64,000 bases of DNA from an uncultured bacterium (GTDB lineage: Bacteria; Latescibacterota; MWCZ01; CAZVGZ01): NCBI GenBank assembly GCA_964627605.1, contig CAZVGZ010000007.1, positions 8,362 through 72,361 of the forward strand, read 5' to 3'. Of this stretch, positions 8,790 to 18,693 are shown in pieces. The first letter of the stretch is position 1. The number at the start of each line of letters is the position of its first letter. The position numbers and the translations under genes were made by a program. The notes beneath the pieces were generated by a model. That model had not been told where the DNA came from and made no database searches. It worked only from the letters and a program-made list of their open reading frames with translations.

Positions 8790-10175
8790 GTGTCCAACCA
8801 TGAAAAGTTTCATTTAAAAAAGCTCGAAGACCTTGAGCGGGAGATAGATCGGCTGAGTGTCGATATACCCGTTTCAGGTTCTGTTGAAAATCTTAGTAGT
8901 TCCGTAGCCGTCGGCGATCTCAAGATCCCGAACCGCTTGGGCGTTCACCCGATGGAAGGATGCGACGGGCTGCCTGATGGCTCTCCAGGGCCGCTGACCG
9001 TCAGGAGGTACGAGCGGTTCGCTCGCGGTGGAGCTGGACTTCTTTGGGTCGAAGCGACCGCTGTGGTACCCGAGGGGCGAGCCAATCCACGCCAGTTGTG
9101 GCTCCATCAAGGGAACCTCAGCAGTTTCTCAGATATGATGGAACGAGCGCGGCGGGTGCAGACCGACTTAATGGGGGCTAATCACGATCCGTTCTATGTT
9201 CTTCAACTGACCCATTCAGGACGGTACAGCAAACCTGCAAGCGGGTTTGAGCCGATTATCGCCGCCCGAAACCCCTATCTGGACCCCAAAGGCCACATAA
9301 CTGACGCCACGCCAGTGATCACCGACGATGAGCTAGAACAGCTCGAAGACGTATACGTAGCAGCCGCTCGGATGGCGTACGATATAGGATTCCACTCGGT
9401 GGATATCAAAGCGTGTCACCGGTATCTGGTGTGCGAGCTGCTGGGGGCGCATACTCGCGAGGGGCGGTATGGTGGTTCGTTTGAGAACAGAACGCGGTTT
9501 CTGTTGAACGTAGTAGACAAGATTCACGACCGGGTGCCAGGATTGCTGGTGACGCCGCGAATGAACGGCTACGACGGAATCCCCTATCCCTACGGTTGGG
9601 GGATCGATCAGTACGACCACAGGACGCCTGACCTCTCGGAACCTATTGAGCTTCTGGATCTGCTAAAATCACGCGGGGTGCCGATGGTCAATATTACGAT
9701 CGGCAACCCTTACTACAACCCGCATGTCGGTCGTCCATTCGATCTGCCGATTGACGGTGGATACACCCCTGACGAGCATCCGCTGGAGGGATGCGCCAGG
9801 CTTTTTGGTGTCGTCCGCGATCTGCAAAAAGCGCACCCGGATCTGCCTCTGGTCGGTACCGGTTTTAGCTGGTTGAGACAGTTTTTGGGTCATGTTGGCG
9901 CGGCTATGGTGGATCAGGGGTGGCTGACGATGGTGGGGGTCGGACGAGAGGCGTTCGCGCACCCGGAGTTCGCCTACGAACTGCTGACTCACGGCAACCT
10001 TGATGCTCGTGCCGTGTGCATAACATGCAGCCGCTGCACTCAGATAATGCGGGATGAAGGGCGGACTGGATGCGTACCCAGGGACCACGAAGTCTATTCG
10101 TCGATCTTTCTGGAAGGACGCAGGCCAGACAAGGGCAAGCCCAAGAAAGCGTCCAGAGTCGCCGAGCATCTTTGA
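8790..10175 (+). CDS. Old Yellow Enzyme family NADH:flavin oxidoreductase (TIM barrel)
   Basis: KIPNRLGVHPMEG...GAGLLWVEATAV is the OYE N-terminal signature. Product is about 460 aa. A GTG start at 8790 is assumed; the true start is uncertain. Confidence 0.8.
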   Translation: MSNHEKFHLKKLEDLEREIDRLSVDIPVSGSVENLSSSVAVGDLKIPNRLGVHPMEGCDGLPDGSPGPLTVRRYERFARGGAGLLWVEATAVVPEGRANPRQLWLHQGNLSSFSDMMERARRVQTDLMGANHDPFYVLQLTHSGRYSKPASGFEPIIAARNPYLDPKGHITDATPVITDDELEQLEDVYVAAARMAYDIGFHSVDIKACHRYLVCELLGAHTREGRYGGSFENRTRFLLNVVDKIHDRVPGLLVTPRMNGYDGIPYPYGWGIDQYDHRTPDLSEPIELLDLLKSRGVPMVNITIGNPYYNPHVGRPFDLPIDGGYTPDEHPLEGCARLFGVVRDLQKAHPDLPLVGTGFSWLRQFLGHVGAAMVDQGWLTMVGVGREAFAHPEFAYELLTHGNLDARAVCITCSRCTQIMRDEGRTGCVPRDHEVYSSIFLEGRRPDKGKPKKASRVAEHL

Positions 10176-10355
10176 CAGCAAGCGACCCGATTAAATCCGA
10201 AGCCTCTATTTTCATATCACCGAGCCGTTCTTTGGCTGCGTCAATCGGGAGAGACTGGCGAATGGATGTGACGTCCGTGGGATGATGACCCTAACTGAGT
10301 GCAAGTACCCGGTAGCCACCCGGTTTTCCAGAGTTCAGACACCCCTATAGAAAGA

Positions 10356-10403
10356 GGGCGCGCGTAGAGCGCCCCGAAAACGACACGAAATGTCCGAAGT
10401 GTC
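10356..10403 (+). repeat. REP-like palindromic element, copy A (GC hairpin + GACACGAAATGTC hairpin)
   Basis: GGGCGCGCGTAGAGCGCCCCGAAAACGACACGAAATGTCCGAAGTGTC recurs with about 80% identity at 11314-11362. Both hairpins are conserved. Confidence 0.6.
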
Positions 10404-10418
10404 TATAAAGGAGATGAG

Positions 10419-11177
10419 ATGAATCGACGGGATTTCAGGAGTGAACCGTTCAAGCGTCTGGTGGTATTAGGAGAGAGTACAGTTCAAGGGGGCGGATGGC
10501 TTGAGAGCGATGGTGACAGGTGGGCTGACGTCCTTGCTGGGCTTATCAGCTCGTGTCAGAAAGAGCCGGTGGAGTACATGAACAAGGGGATTGGTGCCAA
10601 TGCGGTCAGCTCTCGCAGCCCTGGATATCCACTTTCTGCCAAGCCAAGCGCTTTGGAGCGGTACAGAGACGATGTGATCGCCAACGATCCAGACCTGTTC
10701 GTTTGCGCATACGGCCTGAATGACATGAGGGCTGATATGCCGCTGGCTGAGTTTATAGAGGATTTGCGCACAGTCGTTACGGATGTGAAAGCGGCGTGCA
10801 ACCCGATAATCGTGTTGACGACGGTGTACTACATGACCGGATGGAAGAGCTTTGGCCCGTATGACAGGGGATCGGTGGCGACGACAGAGGGGTATAATTC
10901 TGCTATCAGAGCACTGGCTGCTGAGGAGGACTGCCTATTGGCGGACGTGTGGGGTGGTGCGGACAAGGCGGACTGGCTTGTCAATCCTGACGGGGTGCAC
11001 GCCAACAAAGTGGGCAATATGATAATCGCCAACCGGGTTTTTGAGGCGATCGCCAGGGCGTGCAGCGGAGTCTCGGCACACACGTATGAGGAGGACTTGG
11101 AGCGTCCGTGGACCAAGCATACGATGGAGGCCAGGGATAACTCGAACGATCCGCACGATCCGTGGTGGATCAAATAG
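10419..11177 (+). CDS. SGNH/GDSL family hydrolase
   Basis: Block I is VVLGESTVQG (GDS-like). Block III is YGLNDM. Block V is DGVHAN. An AAGGAGAT Shine-Dalgarno sits 5 nt upstream. Confidence 0.8.
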   Translation: MNRRDFRSEPFKRLVVLGESTVQGGGWLESDGDRWADVLAGLISSCQKEPVEYMNKGIGANAVSSRSPGYPLSAKPSALERYRDDVIANDPDLFVCAYGLNDMRADMPLAEFIEDLRTVVTDVKAACNPIIVLTTVYYMTGWKSFGPYDRGSVATTEGYNSAIRALAAEEDCLLADVWGGADKADWLVNPDGVHANKVGNMIIANRVFEAIARACSGVSAHTYEEDLERPWTKHTMEARDNSNDPHDPWWIK

Positions 11178-11313
11178 CCGAAACAGAATCGCGAAAAAAA
11201 GAGTATCGGACCGCTACGTACAGAACGCACGACGTACGTGGTCGTGTTGAAAATAGACACCCAAGACCGTTCGTTGTGAGCTGCTAACGAGCGCCGCCGC
11301 CCAATGCCAAGCA

Positions 11314-11362
11314 GGGGCGAGCGAAGAGCGCCCCAAAGAAGACACGAAGTGTCCGAAGTGCC
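11314..11362 (+). repeat. REP-like palindromic element, copy B
   Basis: GGGGCGAGCGAAGAGCGCCCCAAAGAAGACACGAAGTGTCCGAAGTGCC has the same orientation as copy A. It lies in the convergent intergenic region, where it may act as a bidirectional terminator. Confidence 0.6.
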
Positions 11363-11893
11363 TCAGTCGTGGTGGGCTTCGGCTTTGAACGTGAAGCGGA
11401 TGTTTTCGTAGCGCTTTGCACCTGTGGCTTTGAGACGCAGGATGACGCGGAAGTCGGTGAATTCGGTGACCGTCTGGGCTTGGCCGGATAGAAGCGGGAG
11501 AAATGTCGTCCGCTCGTCGGACTCGGGTTTGGCGGCAGGATCGGTGACATGCGAAAGGCCGACATTCTCTCTCACCGGGCGGTTGTTCTGTTTGGCTCTA
11601 AGGTCTACGTAGGCGGTGTCGACGGTGGTTTGAGCGGATAGGGCGGTGACCATTTTAGTCTCGGCGTCGGCGTCTTTGCTGTAGATGTAGACCTGGAACG
11701 CTCCCTGATCGGACACGATGAGCTCTACCAAGTTGTCACCCCAGATCGCTAGGGAGCCGTCGGTGGGGGTTTTGTATGTGTCGGTCAACCTGCTGTCTAC
11801 GTTACCAGCGTGGATGTGCCCGCCGTGCGCCAGGGCTGAGGATGGGAGTGCTGCGATAATAGCCACAGACAGTGTGATGAGCGCTTTTTGCAT
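11363..11893 (-). CDS. Secreted His-rich protein, possible periplasmic metal-binding accessory of the RND efflux system
   Basis: Signal peptide MQKALITLSVAIIAALPSSALA, then HGGHIHAG. The C-terminus is AEAHHD. It is the last gene of the czc-like operon. Confidence 0.5.
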   Translation of the reverse strand: MQKALITLSVAIIAALPSSALAHGGHIHAGNVDSRLTDTYKTPTDGSLAIWGDNLVELIVSDQGAFQVYIYSKDADAETKMVTALSAQTTVDTAYVDLRAKQNNRPVRENVGLSHVTDPAAKPESDERTTFLPLLSGQAQTVTEFTDFRVILRLKATGAKRYENIRFTFKAEAHHD

Positions 11894-11955
11894 ACGATTT
11901 ACCTCCGTTGCAACCCCTTCGCCGTCGCGGGCCGAAATCAGGCCGTTGGTTCGGG

Positions 11956-14900
11956 TCAGGTGAACAGGAAACCGCCCGCGATGGCACTTAAAACCGCCAC
12001 TGTCGGAACGATCACAAACAGTACGAACGCCGCTATTAAGAGCGGCTTTATCATCGGGTCAGTCTCGAGACCGTGGTAGAGTGCTGGGATCACCAACAGC
12101 GTGAGGAGTGTAGATGTAGCCATTCCGCCTACGATAACTACCGCCAACGGCTGCTGAATCTCGGCACCGGAGCCTGTCGCTAGAGCCAGTGGCACCATGC
12201 CCAACCCGGTGGACAGAGCGGTCATCAGTACTGGACTGACCCTCTCTTCCGCGCCCTTGAGAATCGCCGCCTCAAGGTCCATCCCCTCGGCTCTTAAGTC
12301 GTTGATGTGGGAGACCAAAATAATGCCGTTGCGCACAGCGATGCCCAGCAGAAGTATGAACCCAACATAGGATGGCACGCTCATCGTGCCGCCAAACGCC
12401 CATACGCTCACCGCACCGCCTGCCAGCGACAGGAGGAGGTTGAGAAATACCATAAGTGCCATCCAACCAGACTGGAAGGTGACGTACAGGAGGAGGATGA
12501 TTACGAAAACGACGATTACAGATTCGACGGTGAGCAGTTTGAAAGAGGCTTGTTGGCTTTCGAATTGACCGCCGAAAGTCAGGTAGTAGCCTTTGGGCAG
12601 ATTGACCCGGTCGTCAATCTGCTGCTGAAGCTCTGCCACAAAACCGCCTAAGTCCCTACCCTCGACGTTGGACTGGACGACCATACGACGCTGAGCGTTC
12701 TCACGGTTGATCGTGTTAGGGCCAACATCTTCCCTGATGTCAGCGACTCGCTTGAGCGGAACCCACTGACCGTCAGGCGTACGGATCGGGTAGTTTGAGA
12801 CCGACGATACATCGCGCCTGACGCTCGCCTCGGTCCAAACCAACAGTTCATAGCGGCGCTCGCCCCTCAATACCTCCCCCACCACAGTACCGTTGAACGC
12901 GGTCTCGATCAGCTCTGTGATGTCGCCGGTCTTTAGACCCAGACGAGCGGCTTCAAGGTGGTTTATGCGGATGAGTATCTGAGGGATCGGCAGTTGCGGT
13001 TCCAGGGCGGCTCCCACTGCACCGTCGGTGGAGCGAACGATGTCGAAAACCTCGGCAGCTTTGGCTTTGAGGACGGTCATCTCAGGACCAAACAGCTTTA
13101 TGGCCAACTGAGCGGTCACCCCTGAAAGCATGTGATCGAGCCTGTGCCCCACTGGCCGACCCACGGTCATGGTCATCGCACCTGGGAACTCTCCCAAAAC
13201 CTCATATGCCAGCTTTTCGACTTCCTCGCGGCCGTAGTCGGTGATGTCCCTCGGTGGAAGCGGAAGTTCAACACCAGGAAGTGCGTTTGTGATGCCAACG
13301 GCCCAGTCGTTGACACCGAACAACGTTGTGGGGTCCGCTGGGAACTCGCGGTCGGGATATGCCGATCGAAGCTGGGCGTTGAGTTCGGAGACGCGGTCGT
13401 GGAGTGTGTAGAGATCGTCGCCTAAGTCGATGTCGTAGTCAGAAAGGTGCGATGACAACTCCTCAATGACCGATACTTCCCACTGGGGGACATCCCACGG
13501 ATCGGGAATGTCTGAGTCTGGGAAGAGGCGGCGCTTCTCCTCCACCAGCTCGCGAACGTAGGCGGTGTCGTGCCTCTTTTCTGGAGGTATCACCCCCACC
13601 AACGTCTCGTTGTAATATGACCCTTCGGCGTGCTCGTCTTTTTCTGCACGGCCTGTCCTCGTGCCTGTGACTGTCACCAGGTCTGGCATGCGGGTAAGCA
13701 GCGCTTTTTCGTAGAGCATTGCGAATCTGGAGGTCTGTTCCAACGAAGTGCCCGGCTTCAAGAGCGCGTTGATGGTCATGGCGCCTTCGTCCATGATCGG
13801 CAGAAACTCTTTGCCGGTATGGAAGGCCAGGTAGTAGGTCGAGCCCAGTATCGCAGTTAATGCCAGAGCGAGAACCGGCCATTTGGACGGAAGGCCGACC
13901 AGCCACTCGGTTACAGGGCGATAGACCCTCTTTACCGCCACCATGATCGCGTTGTCTTCTTCCTCATGCCTGGTGCCGGTGGTGAGCATCATCTGGCACA
14001 TCGCTGGCGTCACCATCATGGAGACCATGAACGAGGCGATCATGGCGATAATCACGGTCCAGCCAAGCGGTGCGAAAATCCGACCCTCCAGCCCACCCAA
14101 CGTGAGCAGAGGGACGAAGACCAGCACAATGATTACCGTGGCGACCATGATGGAGTTTCTGATCTCCATCGTGCCGCGAAGGTTCACCCGCCAGGACTCA
14201 GTTTCGATTCCTTCGACACCATCGGCACGCATCTTGAACCACTCTACCAGACGTCGATTGGTGTTTTCCACATCTATGATGCCGTCGTCAACCACCATTC
14301 CGATGGCGATGGCAAGCCCACCGAGGGTCATAATATTTACGGTGAATCCCGCGACTTTCAGGAACAACAGCGCTACGATAAGAGCCAGCGGGATGTCGAT
14401 AAGTGGGATCGCAGCGACTTTGAACGACGACCATGGCTGTTTTGGCTTGAAGAGAAAAATGAAGATGATGAAAATCACCAGAGCGCCGCCCTCGACCAGA
14501 GCAGTGCGGACGTTGTCTACAGAACGCTGGATTAGATCGGCCTGACGGTAGACCGGAACGATAGACATGCCGTCTGGAAGTGCCCCGTTAAGCTCGTCAA
14601 ACGCTGTCAGGAGACGCCTGGTAAGCGCGATAGTGTTTTCGTTGGGCTGCTTTATGACTTTGCCGCGAACAGCTTCGGAGCCGTTGTAGGTCCCCACGCC
14701 GCGCCTGAGGGCGGCTCCTTCACGAACCTCCGCTAAGTCTCCCACGGTGATAGGGACACCACCTTCCCTGGATTCGATCACCAGTGAGCGCACGTCCTCA
14801 ATCGTCTCGACGCGGCCAATTCCTCGCACGAGAAACTCAAGATACCTGGCGAAAAGAAGCCCGCCAGCAGCGTTCTGGTTGCCCTGTTCCAGAGTCTCCA

Positions 14901-15519
14901 CCACATCGGCCAACGCGATGTCGTATTTCTGGAGTTTTATCGGGTTAACCAACACCTGGAACTGGCGCAGAAGACCGCCTATGGTTACCACCTGCGCAGC
15001 TCCAGGAACGGTCTGGAGGCGGTAGGTAATCATCCACTCGGCGTAGTCCCTGGTGTCCATCGCTGAGTAGCGGCCGTGGTCGTCTGATACTACATACTCG
15101 ACGATTTCGCCCATCTGTGAGGTGATGGGGCCCATGAACGGCTCGACGCCTTCGGGAAGTGCGCCCAACGAGACAGAGAGCCCTTCGCTTACCATCTGCC
15201 TGGCGAGCCTAATGTCGGTGCCCCACTCAAATTCGACGAAGATGACCGACTGACCAATACCCGACTGGGAGCGGACCCTTTTGACGAACGGAGCGCCGTT
15301 GAACTGCGACTCCATTGGGAAAGTCACCAACTGCTCGACCTCCTCTGGAGCCATACCAGGTGCTTCAGTGAGGATGGTGACTCTGGGGTCGTTAATGTCG
15401 GGGTAGACGTCGATCGGGATGGTGCGGATGATACCGATGCCCCCAACAATAAGGAGCACCACAAGCGCAACGACTATCACGCGATTTTGTATGCAGAACG
15501 CTACTAGAATGCCAAGCAT
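11956..15519 (-). CDS. Heavy-metal efflux RND permease (CzcA/CusA family, HME-RND), 1187 aa
   Basis: N-terminus IDVYPDINDPRVTILTEAPGMAPEEVEQLVTFPME is diagnostic for the CusA/CzcA family. It has 12 TM helices and two large periplasmic loops. It is longer than the typical ~1040 aa because of an insertion. Confidence 0.95.
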   Translation of the reverse strand: MLGILVAFCIQNRVIVVALVVLLIVGGIGIIRTIPIDVYPDINDPRVTILTEAPGMAPEEVEQLVTFPMESQFNGAPFVKRVRSQSGIGQSVIFVEFEWGTDIRLARQMVSEGLSVSLGALPEGVEPFMGPITSQMGEIVEYVVSDDHGRYSAMDTRDYAEWMITYRLQTVPGAAQVVTIGGLLRQFQVLVNPIKLQKYDIALADVVETLEQGNQNAAGGLLFARYLEFLVRGIGRVETIEDVRSLVIESREGGVPITVGDLAEVREGAALRRGVGTYNGSEAVRGKVIKQPNENTIALTRRLLTAFDELNGALPDGMSIVPVYRQADLIQRSVDNVRTALVEGGALVIFIIFIFLFKPKQPWSSFKVAAIPLIDIPLALIVALLFLKVAGFTVNIMTLGGLAIAIGMVVDDGIIDVENTNRRLVEWFKMRADGVEGIETESWRVNLRGTMEIRNSIMVATVIIVLVFVPLLTLGGLEGRIFAPLGWTVIIAMIASFMVSMMVTPAMCQMMLTTGTRHEEEDNAIMVAVKRVYRPVTEWLVGLPSKWPVLALALTAILGSTYYLAFHTGKEFLPIMDEGAMTINALLKPGTSLEQTSRFAMLYEKALLTRMPDLVTVTGTRTGRAEKDEHAEGSYYNETLVGVIPPEKRHDTAYVRELVEEKRRLFPDSDIPDPWDVPQWEVSVIEELSSHLSDYDIDLGDDLYTLHDRVSELNAQLRSAYPDREFPADPTTLFGVNDWAVGITNALPGVELPLPPRDITDYGREEVEKLAYEVLGEFPGAMTMTVGRPVGHRLDHMLSGVTAQLAIKLFGPEMTVLKAKAAEVFDIVRSTDGAVGAALEPQLPIPQILIRINHLEAARLGLKTGDITELIETAFNGTVVGEVLRGERRYELLVWTEASVRRDVSSVSNYPIRTPDGQWVPLKRVADIREDVGPNTINRENAQRRMVVQSNVEGRDLGGFVAELQQQIDDRVNLPKGYYLTFGGQFESQQASFKLLTVESVIVVFVIILLLYVTFQSGWMALMVFLNLLLSLAGGAVSVWAFGGTMSVPSYVGFILLLGIAVRNGIILVSHINDLRAEGMDLEAAILKGAEERVSPVLMTALSTGLGMVPLALATGSGAEIQQPLAVVIVGGMATSTLLTLLVIPALYHGLETDPMIKPLLIAAFVLFVIVPTVAVLSAIAGGFLFT

Positions 15520-15531
15520 CGTACGGTTCCG

Positions 15532-16674
15532 TTATTGAACGGCCATCGTCCGCAGTTCCAGATTGCCACGGGTGACTACGACATCGCCGTCGTAGATTCC
15601 ATCGACGACCTCGATGTAACGGTCGTCGCTCACGCCTGTCACAATGTTAACTCGGACGTACTCTGCGCCGTTGTCCACATATACAAACCGCTCTGCGCCG
15701 TCAATCAGTACCGCGTCCTTTGGTACCGCTGGCACCTCTTGCGCCTGCACCACGACAATCGCCATTCGGGCGAACATCTGAGGCCTGAGTACTATGTTGT
15801 TTTCGATGGCGACTTTGACAAGCGCCGTTCGGGTGATTGGGTCCAGAGATGCGGCGCGGTAGTACAGACTGCCTTCAAAAACTTCGCCTGGTGCCGCCTC
15901 CACTCTCACGCGAGCCCAACTGCCCTCGGCGGCCCTGTGGTAGTCCGCTTCCGGCACCTGACCTTCGGCAGAGACGACACTAAGGTCCTCAATGCGGAAC
16001 AGCGCATCCACCGGTTCGACAAAACCGCCGATTATCATGTTGCGTTCGGTGATGACACCTGCTATGGGCGCTCGGAGGTAGATACGTGCTGATGGGCGTT
16101 TACGGTTGATGACCGTGTCTATCTCAGAATTGGTCATGCCCGCGAGACTAAGTTGGCCCCTGAGCAGTCGTCCACGAGCTTCGCCTCGTGTGACCGACAG
16201 ACGCGCTTCCAAGAGGTCCTGCCGTGAGGCTAGGTTGAGGGTCTGGAGCCTTTCCTGCATCGCCAAAGTCTGTTTAGCTATCTCAGTCTCGTTGATTACG
16301 TCTATCAGCTCCACCTGGAGGTCTCCGACCTCCATGCTCTCAAGCATTACGACTCTCTGGCCTCGGCGGACCGATTCGCCAAGAGTCGCCAAGACGCGAA
16401 CAACACGCCCGCCGATTGTCGGGCTTACGGCCGCCCGTCGGCTGAAAACAGAGTGTATCGTCGCTGGCACGGAGATAACTTGATCGATCGTCCGAGTTTG
16501 AACAACTTCGGTCTCTATTCCGATGTTTTCTTTAGCGGCATCGCTCAAACTGATCTCTGTGCGCTCGCCTCCGCTGACAGTGGGCAGCGCCGCGCCGTTG
16601 CCCCACGCGCCACCGGTCAACACCAATCCAAACAGCGAGGCCACAAGCCAGCGGCGACCACTATTCTCCTGCAT
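15532..16674 (-). CDS. Efflux RND periplasmic adaptor (membrane fusion protein, CzcB/CusB-like)
   Basis: Start is ATG at 16674 with a GGAGGTG Shine-Dalgarno. It has a signal/TM segment, coiled-coil and beta-barrel regions typical of HlyD-family MFPs. It overlaps the TolC-like gene end by 14 nt. Confidence 0.85.
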   Translation of the reverse strand: MQENSGRRWLVASLFGLVLTGGAWGNGAALPTVSGGERTEISLSDAAKENIGIETEVVQTRTIDQVISVPATIHSVFSRRAAVSPTIGGRVVRVLATLGESVRRGQRVVMLESMEVGDLQVELIDVINETEIAKQTLAMQERLQTLNLASRQDLLEARLSVTRGEARGRLLRGQLSLAGMTNSEIDTVINRKRPSARIYLRAPIAGVITERNMIIGGFVEPVDALFRIEDLSVVSAEGQVPEADYHRAAEGSWARVRVEAAPGEVFEGSLYYRAASLDPITRTALVKVAIENNIVLRPQMFARMAIVVVQAQEVPAVPKDAVLIDGAERFVYVDNGAEYVRVNIVTGVSDDRYIEVVDGIYDGDVVVTRGNLELRTMAVQ

Positions 16675-18049
16675 TGCCCACCTCCGTCCAATCGTTGAAC
16701 GACACTCCAACCGCAGCCGCCAACTCTGCCAGGGCTAGTCGAGTCTCATGCGCCGACTCATTGTAGGAGCGCTGAATCTCCAGGAACTCCAACTGCGTCT
16801 GTATCGCCTCAAATAGCCCAACCTGTCCTTCGTCGAATGCCCGCTCGACCGCCTCCAACTCCAGGTCCACCGGGCGATCGAGACCGTTGGTTAAGTAGAA
16901 CTTGTGCCGCTCCAGCGCCGCGTTGAACGTCCGATGGGTCGCGGCTACCTCCCCACGCACAGTTGCTTTCAATGCAGCCAACTCCAGTTCGGCGGTGCGA
17001 AGAGCCGCTCCACTCACTGCCCGCTCGGCTTGACCTCGGTCGAACAGCGGCAGCGGCACCTCAACCTCTAAACCCCAGAGTCTTGAGTTCGGTGCCCTTA
17101 GATAGCTAAGCCCAAGACCGACATCAGGCACCCACTCACGGCGACCTATCGCCGCTTCGGCGCGGGCAGCAGCCACTTCGGCGCGGGCGGCTTGGACATC
17201 GGGCCGCTGAGCAAGCGCTCTCTGCTCAAGCTCGCCCAAATCTAGCTCAGGTTCTGATGTCTGGTTGATTAGACTCAACTCCAGAGGATCGTTAGGTTGC
17301 CGACCCAACGCCCGGTTTAACTCCATTTTTGCTGCGGCGATCTCATTCAGCGTCTGAGTTAGCTCGTTGCGGGTGTTCTGGTAGGTAATAGCGGCCAACC
17401 TTAGCTGAAACGCTGGAATAAATGCCGCTTCGTGTTTGACCCTGGAGACCTCATACAGCCGTGCCTGAAGCGATGCCTCGCGCTCGGACACTTTGTGCAG
17501 ACCCGAGAGCAGTGTCACCTCCATAAACAGACGTGTCACATCGATGCTCACCAAACGCGCGGTATTCTCTGCATCGAACTGAGCTTTGGCGATCGCCGCC
17601 CTTGCTGCCTGTTTGCGAAGGCCCCTGGTAAAACTGAGATTGAACTCTTTTGTGATTATTACGTCCGCTGCGGTATACGACGCTGAGACGGCTGAGACGG
17701 TGTTGTCGGCTGCCATTTTGGGGAACTGAACCGGCAGGCGACCACTACGAGCCCACAGAAGCGAATCAAGCACCTGATCGACTTTATACGCGAACGTCTG
17801 CCTGTCGTCGATTATCCTGAGCCTGGGCCAATCGTCGGACACCGCGCCGAACGCTAGAGTCGGGTTGGAGTAGACAGTTGCGTGGAACATCGCCAGTTCG
17901 GCTTGCCGCACCTGCTGCTCGGCGACCAACATTTCTGGGTTTCGCTCGCGGGCCTCGCCTATGGCCTGCTCCAAAGTCAATACATCGCCTTGGGCCGCCG
18001 CGACTGCCGCGTACAGACACACCGCCACTAATGTTAGTTGTGGGATCAC
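16661..18049 (-). CDS. TolC-family outer membrane efflux protein (CzcC/CusC-like)
   Basis: Signal peptide MIPQLTLVAVCLYAAVAAAQG. Two tandem coiled-coil/beta repeats match the OEP pattern. It sits directly upstream of the MFP and RND genes. Confidence 0.85.
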   Translation of the reverse strand: MIPQLTLVAVCLYAAVAAAQGDVLTLEQAIGEARERNPEMLVAEQQVRQAELAMFHATVYSNPTLAFGAVSDDWPRLRIIDDRQTFAYKVDQVLDSLLWARSGRLPVQFPKMAADNTVSAVSASYTAADVIITKEFNLSFTRGLRKQAARAAIAKAQFDAENTARLVSIDVTRLFMEVTLLSGLHKVSEREASLQARLYEVSRVKHEAAFIPAFQLRLAAITYQNTRNELTQTLNEIAAAKMELNRALGRQPNDPLELSLINQTSEPELDLGELEQRALAQRPDVQAARAEVAAARAEAAIGRREWVPDVGLGLSYLRAPNSRLWGLEVEVPLPLFDRGQAERAVSGAALRTAELELAALKATVRGEVAATHRTFNAALERHKFYLTNGLDRPVDLELEAVERAFDEGQVGLFEAIQTQLEFLEIQRSYNESAHETRLALAELAAAVGVSFNDWTEVGNAGE

Positions 18050-18056
18050 GCGCTGC

Positions 18057-18683
18057 CTACTTCACCACTTCAAAGATTACGGTCTGGGATGCTGTCATAC
18101 CGACCGGGGGACTCGCCTCTGGGTCGTATACTGATATGGCCGGATCAAACACCCCATCGTCGGGAATGATGTAGCCAAAACGTCCCGAAATCGAGTTGCG
18201 AAACAGGCCCCGCATATCGACGGCGACAAACGTCACTGTGTCACGTCCGGTCCAAGGCCCGAACACCTCATCCACTATCCCAAAACTCAGAATAGAGGCG
18301 TTTTCGGCCATAGATTTGTATTTGACACCATCGTTATCCCGCGTAACTCTCCAACTGATCGGGCGCGGAGCGGGGTTTTCGATGTAGAAGACCAGGCCGC
18401 CGTAGAGGGTGGCGGACTCGCGGTCGGTGGCTTGATCGGTAAGGCTGAAACCCGGAAACAGAGTCGGCTGTGGCCCGCTGCGCGAAAGGGTAATCACGCC
18501 GGTCCCATCGCTTGTGATAGGCACATCCGGAAAGGCTGGTGCGATTACGTCCAGATAGTATTGGGGCAGGTCTTGCAGAAAATGCGGGGGAGTGTTGAGG
18601 TCGGCGGTTGTTATCACCTCACACCCCTCAACGGCCAAAAATATGACAGCGGCGCTGCCCCAGCACGCCAATCGGGAAAACAT
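18057..18683 (-). CDS. Hypothetical secreted/lipoprotein
   Basis: N-terminal signal with Cys (LAVEGC). No recognisable domain. It lies between the T9SS-CTD protein and the czcC-like gene on the same strand. Confidence 0.45.
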   Translation of the reverse strand: MFSRLACWGSAAVIFLAVEGCEVITTADLNTPPHFLQDLPQYYLDVIAPAFPDVPITSDGTGVITLSRSGPQPTLFPGFSLTDQATDRESATLYGGLVFYIENPAPRPISWRVTRDNDGVKYKSMAENASILSFGIVDEVFGPWTGRDTVTFVAVDMRGLFRNSISGRFGYIIPDDGVFDPAISVYDPEASPPVGMTASQTVIFEVVK

Positions 18684-18693
18684 TTTCGTTCTC

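Noticed and set aside
13943-14545. Two long plus-strand ORFs (200 and 189 aa, His/Asp/Arg-rich) inside the RND permease gene
   Set aside because: They lie entirely antisense to a gene with strong homology (the CzcA/CusA family). Low-complexity translation is typical of GC-rich antisense frames.
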